From: Fibrobacterales bacterium | GTDB taxonomy: Bacteria > Fibrobacterota > Fibrobacteria > Fibrobacterales > JAOPTW01 | Length of the DNA stretch: 46,644 bases | Assembly: GCA_051532055.1 (NCBI GenBank) | Contig: JAOPTX010000064.1 | Coordinates: 1 to 46,644 of the forward strand | Direction: 5' to 3' | Shown: positions 26,372 to 34,583 of the stretch, piece after piece | Position numbering within the stretch: the first letter of the stretch is position 1 | Layout of the letters: the number at the start of each line of letters is the position of its first letter | Made by a program: the position numbers and the translations under genes | Notes under the pieces: model-generated | What the model saw: only the letters and a program-made list of their open reading frames with translations | What the model was told of the DNA's origin: nothing | Databases searched by the model: none

Positions 26372-29300
26372 TTAGAAGTGCCTCAGTGGAAAAAGTTGGT
26401 TTGATATTTTAGTTATAACAATTCGAGTTTTTGTATAATCTTCAATGAAACGCTCTCTAATATGGTGCTTGTGTATATCCCGATAATTAAGTTTAAAGGC
26501 TATAAGCCTGAGTTCTTCATCTGATTCTGGTAAAAGATGCAGTTGCTGGAGACCATTTATTTGTAAGGTATGCTCTATTGCCCTTAAAAACGAGTAATGC
26601 TTAGAAAGTTCAACACATTCAGTATCAGTAATGATTGAATGTTGGCTCAGTAAAAAAAGAGCTTTTAGTGTGTTTCCTGTAACAATTTCAGGATTTTGTT
26701 TCCCATGAATAACTTGAAGACGTTGTACGTAGAATTCTATAGTACGAATTCCACCAGGACCATTTTTAACCTCTCGTTCTAACTGAGAATCTTTGGTGAG
26801 GCCATCAAGCACAATATATCTGAGTTTTTCCATACTCGATTGAATAGAAGAGATTCGTGATGGGTCAAAAAGGAACCCTTGAATCTCTTCGATGAGAACA
26901 GCTCCAGCAGAGATATTTCCGCAGAGTGGAGCAGCTTTTAACCAGATTTGTAGTTCCCATCCTTGAGCATCATCACTATAATAGTCAATATAATGATTGC
27001 GAGTTGCAATCATTGCCCCTTGTGACCCATAGGGCCTTAGGTTGGTATCAACCCTAAAGAGTTGTCCAAAGCGTGATGTTTCGTGTAGGGCCTTAATAAA
27101 TCGGTTGTTGACTTTTTCGAGCAACGTACGGTCATCTCTACTTAAGTGAGGATCAACGACAACAAAGAGAATATCTATATCGGATGAGTAGTTAAGTTCA
27201 TGCCCCCCAAGTTTGCCCATTGCGATAATTACTTGCCGATTGGATAAGTGTTGGTAGCCCATAGTTTTGAAAATATACTGATAGATTATGTTACATATGG
27301 CGTATGAAAGGTCGGATATCTCCGAGACAATTTGACCGAGAGAGGTGTTGAGATAGCTATCTCTTAATGAAATTCTGACATATTCGTCATTTCGGTACTT
27401 CCGGATACGGTTTAAGAATGCGTGATGATCTTTTTGATATTGAGCACATTTAGATTCAATATCCTTAGTAAACTGATCGTACGATTTTTTTACTTTCAAA
27501 TTCCCTGAATCAATTAATTTATGCAATATCGCTGGGTCATTAGCATAGGCATTCGCTAAAAAATCACTCTGAGCAAATATGTGAAGGACCATTTCAAGAT
27601 ATGAGGTATCATTTGAAATAGCTAAAATGAGCTGGTTTACATCCTCAGTAGTATTTTTTAAAAGGTATTCAATGTTTATCGAAATTTTTTCTGCAGCAGG
27701 AGAACGAATTAAATATTTCTCTATGAGGGCAAAAAAACTGAGGAGTAAAGGGGCCTGATCTTTATGCTCTTCGAGTATACGCTTGAGAATGGCGAGGGTT
27801 TTATTTTGGGTTGAGAGCTCTAAACGTTGTAAAATGAGCTCTATTTTCAGTGGACTCAGTTCTTCGGTAACGGCGTCAACAAGGCCAGGTAAATACTCTT
27901 CTGTGGTATAAACAGTGCTATTGAATATTGAATCATAAAAGAGGGCGTTGTTATGACGGTAATATTCTATATCACTCTGAAGCGTACTGTAATGAGATTC
28001 TATTTTCCGATATTTCATTCGACGTGACAAAAAAAGAAATTCAGAACTTTCCTCTGAAGGGAGTTCGAGATCTTTAGCATTACCTGAGACAATTCTTAAA
28101 TTATTAATAAGACGATGAAAAAATGAGTACCCATTAAAAAGTTTTTCATACAGCGCAGGAGAAATTAACTCTTTATTTAAGAGAATGGTCATCACACCAG
28201 GTATATTAGTATAACGGAGTTCGGGTATTGATTTTCCGTGAAATACTTGAAGGTATTGGATAGGATATTCAATATCTACCAATCCACCACGAGATAGTTT
28301 TGCATTAAAAAAATGATGATTTGTGAGATGTTGGATCTGTTTTTGTCTCAATTTGTAAAGTGGTTGACTCTCAATATGATAGCTTTCATAAAGAATACTA
28401 TCGCGTATGCTGAGTATCTCTTTTTGGAAGGAGTCATCACGGGCAACAATTCTGGCTTTGGTGAGGGCTAGTTTTTCATAAGAAAGTGTTGATTCCTTCT
28501 CGAGATAATACTCCTTCCATCGTCTAAGACTACAAGCAAGTGCGCCTTTTTCCCCATCAGGACGTAATCGAAGGTCAAGGTCAAACATTCCCTCTTTTTT
28601 GGCTTTATAGCTTCGGGTAAAAAGTTCTATCATTCTGTTGAAGAATTCTTGGTTGGAAGCTGGAGTCCGTCCTCCAAAACACTGTTGATTATCTTTGTAG
28701 ATAAATACCAGTTCGAGATCCGAAGCATACCCCATTTCAATAGAACCATATTTCCCGAGACCCATGAATGCATAGGGGCATGCCTGTTCGTTATAACGTG
28801 GTGAACCATAACGCTCTTTGGTTTTTTCGTAACAACAATCAAGCATCGATGAAATAATAACATCGGCGAGTTGAGATAACTTTTGAGAAAAGATAGAGAA
28901 ATTAACTCTATTAAGTATTTGATGTGAAAGTTCTAACCTAAGTAATTCATTGTCTTTAAATAGGTTGATGCGAGAAATCTTTACATCAAAGTCAAGATCC
29001 GCACTGAGAGTGTTCCCCAACTCCATAGTTAGGGTCTCTTTTGTTTTTACACGTTGTAATTCTTTAACGTTCTTAAATAGAGGAAGAAGGTTCTCTTGTT
29101 GGTTTTTGGCAAAATCCTCCCATACGCTGTTTCCTGAACCAAAGAGCTTGGCCATATGCTCAAGAATTTCTTCAGAATTATTTTTGAGATATTCAAAGTC
29201 ATTTTTATCGTCCTGCAGATATTTTTTGAGAAAAGAATAAAAGTTTTGAATGGAACCACTGTAGTCAGAGGCTTGAGGGAGATAGGTAAAAAACTGTTTG

Positions 29301-30082
29301 ATAAGGGCGACTGAAACCTTTATCTTTTGAAGTTCATTTTGCTGGTTGATGGCATGGTTGTTTTTATCGGTAAAGACAATAAGGTCATCTACGGTGTTAT
29401 GTTTAGTCTGCAAGACCACTGATTTAATAGTGAGTTGCAAAAGATTAAGTGCATAGGATAGTGTGTAGATGAAAAAAGGAGTATCTTGCCCCAATACCTT
29501 TAAGTAGGTGTTGGTATCGTCAAAGTCTATGCTAATGTCAAGAGGTTCCACGATAGGAGTCCTAGTGACTTCTGTATTAGTGATAAACTGTCCTACAAGG
29601 GTGTTTACCCGATGACGTACTGCAACCATGCCACTTTTTTTATAGAGTGCTAGAAAGTCATTTAAATGAAGAGATATAAGCTCTTGAATTACCTCTGGAG
29701 ATTGTGTTGTTGTAACTTGGAACCAATTAAATACTTTTGGTTTATCACGATAGAAATCTGTAGCTAAATTATCAGAACATGGACCATAGGTAAAACCTCG
29801 AGCGGATCCAATGTTGAACCCTGAAACGGCTAAAGTACCTGTGGCAATGGAAAAGAATCCTTGAAAATCATATGCTATGAGAGTGATTTCGACAGTACCA
29901 GGAATTGTTGTGTGTGTAGAACAGAGAAAAGGCTGGTTGGTTAGTTGGGTAAGAGCGGTAAGATGTTTCTTTATAGTAGAATCATCAAAAAAGGCAAAGT
30001 AATCACTTTGCAGGCGCTCCCAATGATGTATCCAGATGTCTCCGAATGTGCTCTGAAATGATTTAAATAGTGTGCTTCTCAT
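26372..30082 (-). CDS. glnE: Glutamine synthetase adenylyltransferase/adenylyl-removing enzyme with N-terminal GlnD-like ACT domains
   Basis: Two nucleotidyltransferase motifs (GLGKYG..EMGYASDLE; MGKLGGHELNYSSDID), two DxxLRP.G motifs, two GG..xIE motifs. Confidence 0.9.
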   Translation of the reverse strand: MRSTLFKSFQSTFGDIWIHHWERLQSDYFAFFDDSTIKKHLTALTQLTNQPFLCSTHTTIPGTVEITLIAYDFQGFFSIATGTLAVSGFNIGSARGFTYGPCSDNLATDFYRDKPKVFNWFQVTTTQSPEVIQELISLHLNDFLALYKKSGMVAVRHRVNTLVGQFITNTEVTRTPIVEPLDISIDFDDTNTYLKVLGQDTPFFIYTLSYALNLLQLTIKSVVLQTKHNTVDDLIVFTDKNNHAINQQNELQKIKVSVALIKQFFTYLPQASDYSGSIQNFYSFLKKYLQDDKNDFEYLKNNSEEILEHMAKLFGSGNSVWEDFAKNQQENLLPLFKNVKELQRVKTKETLTMELGNTLSADLDFDVKISRINLFKDNELLRLELSHQILNRVNFSIFSQKLSQLADVIISSMLDCCYEKTKERYGSPRYNEQACPYAFMGLGKYGSIEMGYASDLELVFIYKDNQQCFGGRTPASNQEFFNRMIELFTRSYKAKKEGMFDLDLRLRPDGEKGALACSLRRWKEYYLEKESTLSYEKLALTKARIVARDDSFQKEILSIRDSILYESYHIESQPLYKLRQKQIQHLTNHHFFNAKLSRGGLVDIEYPIQYLQVFHGKSIPELRYTNIPGVMTILLNKELISPALYEKLFNGYSFFHRLINNLRIVSGNAKDLELPSEESSEFLFLSRRMKYRKIESHYSTLQSDIEYYRHNNALFYDSIFNSTVYTTEEYLPGLVDAVTEELSPLKIELILQRLELSTQNKTLAILKRILEEHKDQAPLLLSFFALIEKYLIRSPAAEKISINIEYLLKNTTEDVNQLILAISNDTSYLEMVLHIFAQSDFLANAYANDPAILHKLIDSGNLKVKKSYDQFTKDIESKCAQYQKDHHAFLNRIRKYRNDEYVRISLRDSYLNTSLGQIVSEISDLSYAICNIIYQYIFKTMGYQHLSNRQVIIAMGKLGGHELNYSSDIDILFVVVDPHLSRDDRTLLEKVNNRFIKALHETSRFGQLFRVDTNLRPYGSQGAMIATRNHYIDYYSDDAQGWELQIWLKAAPLCGNISAGAVLIEEIQGFLFDPSRISSIQSSMEKLRYIVLDGLTKDSQLEREVKNGPGGIRTIEFYVQRLQVIHGKQNPEIVTGNTLKALFLLSQHSIITDTECVELSKHYSFLRAIEHTLQINGLQQLHLLPESDEELRLIAFKLNYRDIHKHHIRERFIEDYTKTRIVITKISNQLFPLRHF

Positions 30083-30100
30083 ATAGTATGATATATAAAC

Positions 30101-30130
30101 AAAAAAGCAGCCTCAGGAGGCTGCTTTTTT
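30101..30130. terminator. Bidirectional intrinsic terminator after the DsbA-family gene
   Basis: aaaaaagcagcctc-ag-gaggctgctttttt. Confidence 0.85.
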
Positions 30131-30149
30131 AATATGAAAGGCAGTTATT

Positions 30150-30851
30150 CTATTTATTAAGCATTTGTGCTATAACACCTAGAGACATCGCTTTGGTGTG
30201 CTTTTTACCATTGATGTAGAATGAAGGAGTTCCGCGAACGCCCACTGATGACCCAAGAGCCATATCTGCTTTTATAACAGCATTAGATGCTGCATTGAGA
30301 ACCATATCTTTTTTGAATTGCTCCATATTTAATCCAATTTTTTTAGCAACATCAATAAATGTAGCTTCAGAAAGGTTTTTGTATTGAGGAGCAAGAGCAT
30401 TTCTGTATTCAAAGAATTTACCTTGGTTATGAGCAGCCATTGACGCAGCATGCGCAGCAGGTGCTTTTTTGTGGAAACTGAGTGGAAAATGCTTGAAGAC
30501 AAGACGAACCTGTTCAGGATATTTTTCCATTATACGTTGTACTTGTTCTGTTGCACGTGCACAATATGGGCATTGAAAGTCAGAAAACTCAACGATGGTA
30601 ATTTTAGGATCTTTAGCTCCCATAACAGGGCTGGTTCCTTCAGGAATTACGTGAGCAGTCTCTTCTGCCATTTTTTGCTGTTTGATACTTGCAAGGCTTG
30701 CACCTTTGCTTTTCAAATACCATTTAATAAGCTCGAGCTCTTCTTGGATTTTAGCAACATCCCCATTAGATGAACTTTTTTTGTCCCCTTCAGCCTGACA
30801 AGCCATAATTGAGACGAGTATGATGGCTGCGCTAAATATGAGTTTTTTCAT
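30150..30851 (-). CDS. DsbA-family thioredoxin-fold lipoprotein
   Basis: IMAC lipobox, EFSDFQCPYC, KHFPL, GVRGTPSF; start MKKL. Confidence 0.9.
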   Translation of the reverse strand: MKKLIFSAAIILVSIMACQAEGDKKSSSNGDVAKIQEELELIKWYLKSKGASLASIKQQKMAEETAHVIPEGTSPVMGAKDPKITIVEFSDFQCPYCARATEQVQRIMEKYPEQVRLVFKHFPLSFHKKAPAAHAASMAAHNQGKFFEYRNALAPQYKNLSEATFIDVAKKIGLNMEQFKKDMVLNAASNAVIKADMALGSSVGVRGTPSFYINGKKHTKAMSLGVIAQMLNK

Positions 30852-31039
30852 TGTTGTACCTTTTAACATCCCTGCTTTTGGGGTGCGAATTATAAATTAT
30901 CCCTTTAATATAACAAGTTAGCACGTTTTTGAATAGCAAAAGTAGAGTTTTTTAGTATTTCACTTCACTTGTTCTTAGATCTAGAAATAGTTATATTTCG
31001 TAGAAAATAACCTAAATAACAAAGAAAAAGGAACAATCA

Positions 31040-32962
31040 ATGACAACTGCTGCTCCAGAAAAAATGGAATTTCAGACAGAAGTTAAACAACTTCTGAATC
31101 TCATGATACACTCTCTCTATTCACATAAAGAGATCTTCTTACGTGAGTTGATATCAAATTCGTCAGATGCTCTTGATAAAGTACGCTTTGAGTCACTTAC
31201 CAACAAAGACCTTCTTGGTGAAGACAGTGATTTGAAAATTTCTATCTCGCTTGATGAAGAAAAAAATATCATCACTATCGCTGATAACGGTATCGGTATG
31301 AATCACGATGATCTTATTGCAAATCTTGGTACTATTGCTCGTTCTGGCACTAAAGCTTTTATGGAAAATATCAGTGGTGATGACAAAAAAGATATGAGTC
31401 TTATTGGTCAATTTGGTGTAGGTTTTTACTCGCTCTTTATGGTTGCTTCACACGTTGAAGTACTGACTAAAAAAACTGATGAAGAAAAAGGTTGGTCGTG
31501 GAAGTCTGAAGGGACTGGTGAATTCACCATTGAAGAAGCTGAACGTGAGAGCCGTGGCACAAGCCTTATTATTCAACTCAAAGAAGAAGAGAAAGAGTAT
31601 GTAGGGACTTGGAAAGTAAAATCATTAGTTACTAAATATTCTGAATACGTAACCCACCCTATTGAGCTTACGTATCTTGAAACCGTACCTGCTGATGAAG
31701 AGAAAAAAGTTGAAGAGACGACTGAAATAAAAAAAGAAATTCTTAATGCTAAACCTGCATTATGGAGACGCCCTAAGAAAGAAGTTACTCAAGAGCAGTA
31801 TGATGAGTTCTATCAGCACGTTTCTAATGATTACAATAAGCCATTAACGCAATCTCATAATAAAGTTGAGGGTACACTTGAGTATGCTTCACTTCTTTTT
31901 GTTCCGGGTAAAGCTCCTTTTGATCTATATAATCAAGATTCAAAAACAGGTCTTAAACTCTATGTAAAGCGTATTTTCATCATGGATGAGTGTAAAGAAC
32001 TCGTGCCACCTTACCTTCGTTTTATTAAAGGTATAATTGACTCTGAAGATCTTCCACTGAATGTTTCTCGTGAGATTTTACAGTCAAATAAAGTTGTAGA
32101 TAATATCAAAAAACATGTAACTACTAAATCTCTTGCGATGTTAAAAGATTTAGCTGAAAACAAACCTGAAGAGTATCTCACTTTCTGGAAAGAAATGGGT
32201 AATGTGCTTAAAGAAGGTTTTTACATGAATTTCGAAAACTTAGATGAGCTTAAAGCACTGCTCCGTTTTCAATCAACTGACGGTTCATCTGAAAAAGATT
32301 ATACATCAATTACAGAGTATGTGAAACGTATGCGTGAGACTCAAGAGGATATATATTATATCACTGGTGAGTCGAGAAATGCCGTTGAATCAAGCCCTCA
32401 CTTGGAAATGTTCAAAGATAAAGGAATTGAAGTTCTCTATCTTGTTGATCCTATTGATGAATGGGTAACTCAGTCTCTCAGTGAATTTGATGGTAAAAAG
32501 TTGAAAAATATTACTAAAGGTGATATTGACCTCGACGATGATGAGACCAAAGAAGAGAATAAAAAAGCTGAAAAAGAAGCTAAATCAAAACTCAAAGGTA
32601 TCATCGAAGCGATACAAGCTAAACTTGATGCAGATATTAAAGAAGTGAGAATCTCTAAACGCTTAAAAGATTCTCCTTGTTGTTTGATTGCTGATGAAAA
32701 TGATATGGGCGCAAACATGGAACGCATCATGAAAATGAGCGGACAAGAACTCCCTAAGTCTAAGAAAATTATGGAGATAAACCCTGATCATAAAATATGG
32801 CAACATGTTGATACACTCTTTAAAGCTGATAAAAAAGATGCTACGGTTAATGAGTGGATTGAAGTGATGTACGATCAAGCCCTTCTTGCAGAAGGAACGG
32901 AGCTTAAAAGCCCTGGTGACTTCGTGAAGAAAATGAATGCCCTTCTTTCTAAAACTGTTTAG
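31040..32962 (+). CDS. htpG: Molecular chaperone Hsp90
   Basis: FQTEVKQLL, IFLRELISN, LGTIARSGT, IGQFGVGFYS, LPLNVSRE. Confidence 0.97.
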   Translation: MTTAAPEKMEFQTEVKQLLNLMIHSLYSHKEIFLRELISNSSDALDKVRFESLTNKDLLGEDSDLKISISLDEEKNIITIADNGIGMNHDDLIANLGTIARSGTKAFMENISGDDKKDMSLIGQFGVGFYSLFMVASHVEVLTKKTDEEKGWSWKSEGTGEFTIEEAERESRGTSLIIQLKEEEKEYVGTWKVKSLVTKYSEYVTHPIELTYLETVPADEEKKVEETTEIKKEILNAKPALWRRPKKEVTQEQYDEFYQHVSNDYNKPLTQSHNKVEGTLEYASLLFVPGKAPFDLYNQDSKTGLKLYVKRIFIMDECKELVPPYLRFIKGIIDSEDLPLNVSREILQSNKVVDNIKKHVTTKSLAMLKDLAENKPEEYLTFWKEMGNVLKEGFYMNFENLDELKALLRFQSTDGSSEKDYTSITEYVKRMRETQEDIYYITGESRNAVESSPHLEMFKDKGIEVLYLVDPIDEWVTQSLSEFDGKKLKNITKGDIDLDDDETKEENKKAEKEAKSKLKGIIEAIQAKLDADIKEVRISKRLKDSPCCLIADENDMGANMERIMKMSGQELPKSKKIMEINPDHKIWQHVDTLFKADKKDATVNEWIEVMYDQALLAEGTELKSPGDFVKKMNALLSKTV

Positions 32963-32984
32963 TTGATAGAAAGTTGATACAATT

Positions 32985-33019
32985 AAAAAAGGCTGTCTCT
33001 GATGAGGCAGCCTTTTTTT
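32985..33019 (+). terminator. Intrinsic terminator after htpG
   Basis: aaaaaaggctgtctc/gaggcagccttttttt. Confidence 0.85.
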
Positions 33020-33138
33020 GTTGAGCACAGTAAGTTCAACAAAAATATACCATTGTATCAATGAGCTCTTTAGAAAATTTCCACAAATCACAACAATATC
33101 TCTATATTTTATTAAGTACAAAATTAAGTAGGTTATTT

Positions 33139-33459
33139 ATGCAGAAACGAAGAGGAAGACCACCCCTCTCTCCTGAAGAGAAAATTCGCCGTCAAGAGCA
33201 AAAAGAAGAGCAGATTGGATATAATCTCCTCCTTCCCGTTCAGCTGCATGAAAGACTTAATACCAAAATATTTGATAGTGGTATTTCAAAAAAAGAGACT
33301 ATGGAGCGTCTTATTCAGGTTTATTTACATGGTGTATACGGCACCGTCCCTAAAGAGACGCGTGATTCTTTTTATGAAAAGGTCCAAAATAGCGGCCAAA
33401 CAGTAAGTCAAGCAATTGAAAAAGCGATAAAACTTTACCTAAAAGAGGATGCACCCTAA
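33139..33459 (+). CDS. Small DNA-binding protein: AT-hook plus two ribbon-helix-helix-like repeats
   Basis: KRRGRPP; two similar 36-aa beta-alpha-alpha units ending in YL; TAATG overlap with mraY; start MQKRR. Confidence 0.7.
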   Translation: MQKRRGRPPLSPEEKIRRQEQKEEQIGYNLLLPVQLHERLNTKIFDSGISKKETMERLIQVYLHGVYGTVPKETRDSFYEKVQNSGQTVSQAIEKAIKLYLKEDAP

Positions 33460-34583
33460 TGCTTAGTCAACTACTATATGAACTTACCAATATGAGTATT
33501 TTTGAAGGACGATTATTTCGGGTTGGTGCGGCAGCACTTTCTGCGATTATCATGGTAATGATATTTATGCCTCTGTATATCAAGTTTCTTCATAGGATCG
33601 ATGCAACCTCAGATTTTGATAAGACTTCGGAACAAAAATCACCACCAATTATGGGTGGGCTCTTATTGGTGATTGTTTCTATAATTTCATCGCTCTGTTT
33701 TGCACATCAAAATAGTTATGTGATTTCTACTCTCGCAATTTTAGCTGCATATGCAGGTGTGGGTGCATTAGATGATATTGCAAAGATTAAGAATAAAAGG
33801 CTCGTTTCGATGGGCAAGATTTCCCCTGCAGAATACCAAGATAAAGCTGATGGAATTTCGTCTACCCTCAGACTCTTTCTCTATTTTTTCTTTAGTTTTG
33901 TTGTAGCGGTATTTGCCTATAAATTTATTCCTGAGCTTAATGGCCACCTAACGGTTCCTTTTATGAAGGATGCAGACCTCTACCTTCCTAAATGGATATT
34001 TATCCCTTTTATGTCATTTTTTATTGCGGCTACGGCTAATGGCACAAACTTCACTGATGGTCTTGATTCACTTGTTTCGGTCCCTATTATGACTGCAATG
34101 ACGTTTATTGGTCTGGTAGCTTACATAAGTGGTAATTTCATATTTTCCCAGTATCTCCATTTAACATTCTTACCTGGTGTGGATGAACTGTTCCCTATTG
34201 CTGGTGCAATAATAGGTTCACTACTGGCGTACCTTTGGTTTAACTCACCACCCGCTCAGATCTATATGGGTGATGCTGGCTCTATTGGCTTTGGCGGTGC
34301 AATTGGTATAATGTTCATATTCATACAGGCAGAGCTCTTTTTACCAATTATCTGTTTCATCATATTGATAGAAGCGCTATCCGTAGTGATGCAAATCAGT
34401 TATTTTAAAATGACGCGTAAAAGGATCTTTTTATGCGCTCCTATTCATCACCATTTTCAAATAAAATGGAAAGATCAGTTTAAATCAAAGCCCCTTCTTA
34501 ATTCGAAGATTGTGTGGCGCTTTCATATAGTCTCTATAGTCATGTTGATTCTAGGACTCGTAATTTTCTTTAAGGCTCGTTAA
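33459..34583 (+). CDS. mraY: Phospho-N-acetylmuramoyl-pentapeptide transferase (divergent, outside a dcw cluster)
   Basis: PIMGG, LDD, NFTDGLD, FNSPPAQIYMGDAGS, APIHHHF. Confidence 0.85.
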   Translation: MLSQLLYELTNMSIFEGRLFRVGAAALSAIIMVMIFMPLYIKFLHRIDATSDFDKTSEQKSPPIMGGLLLVIVSIISSLCFAHQNSYVISTLAILAAYAGVGALDDIAKIKNKRLVSMGKISPAEYQDKADGISSTLRLFLYFFFSFVVAVFAYKFIPELNGHLTVPFMKDADLYLPKWIFIPFMSFFIAATANGTNFTDGLDSLVSVPIMTAMTFIGLVAYISGNFIFSQYLHLTFLPGVDELFPIAGAIIGSLLAYLWFNSPPAQIYMGDAGSIGFGGAIGIMFIFIQAELFLPIICFIILIEALSVVMQISYFKMTRKRIFLCAPIHHHFQIKWKDQFKSKPLLNSKIVWRFHIVSIVMLILGLVIFFKAR

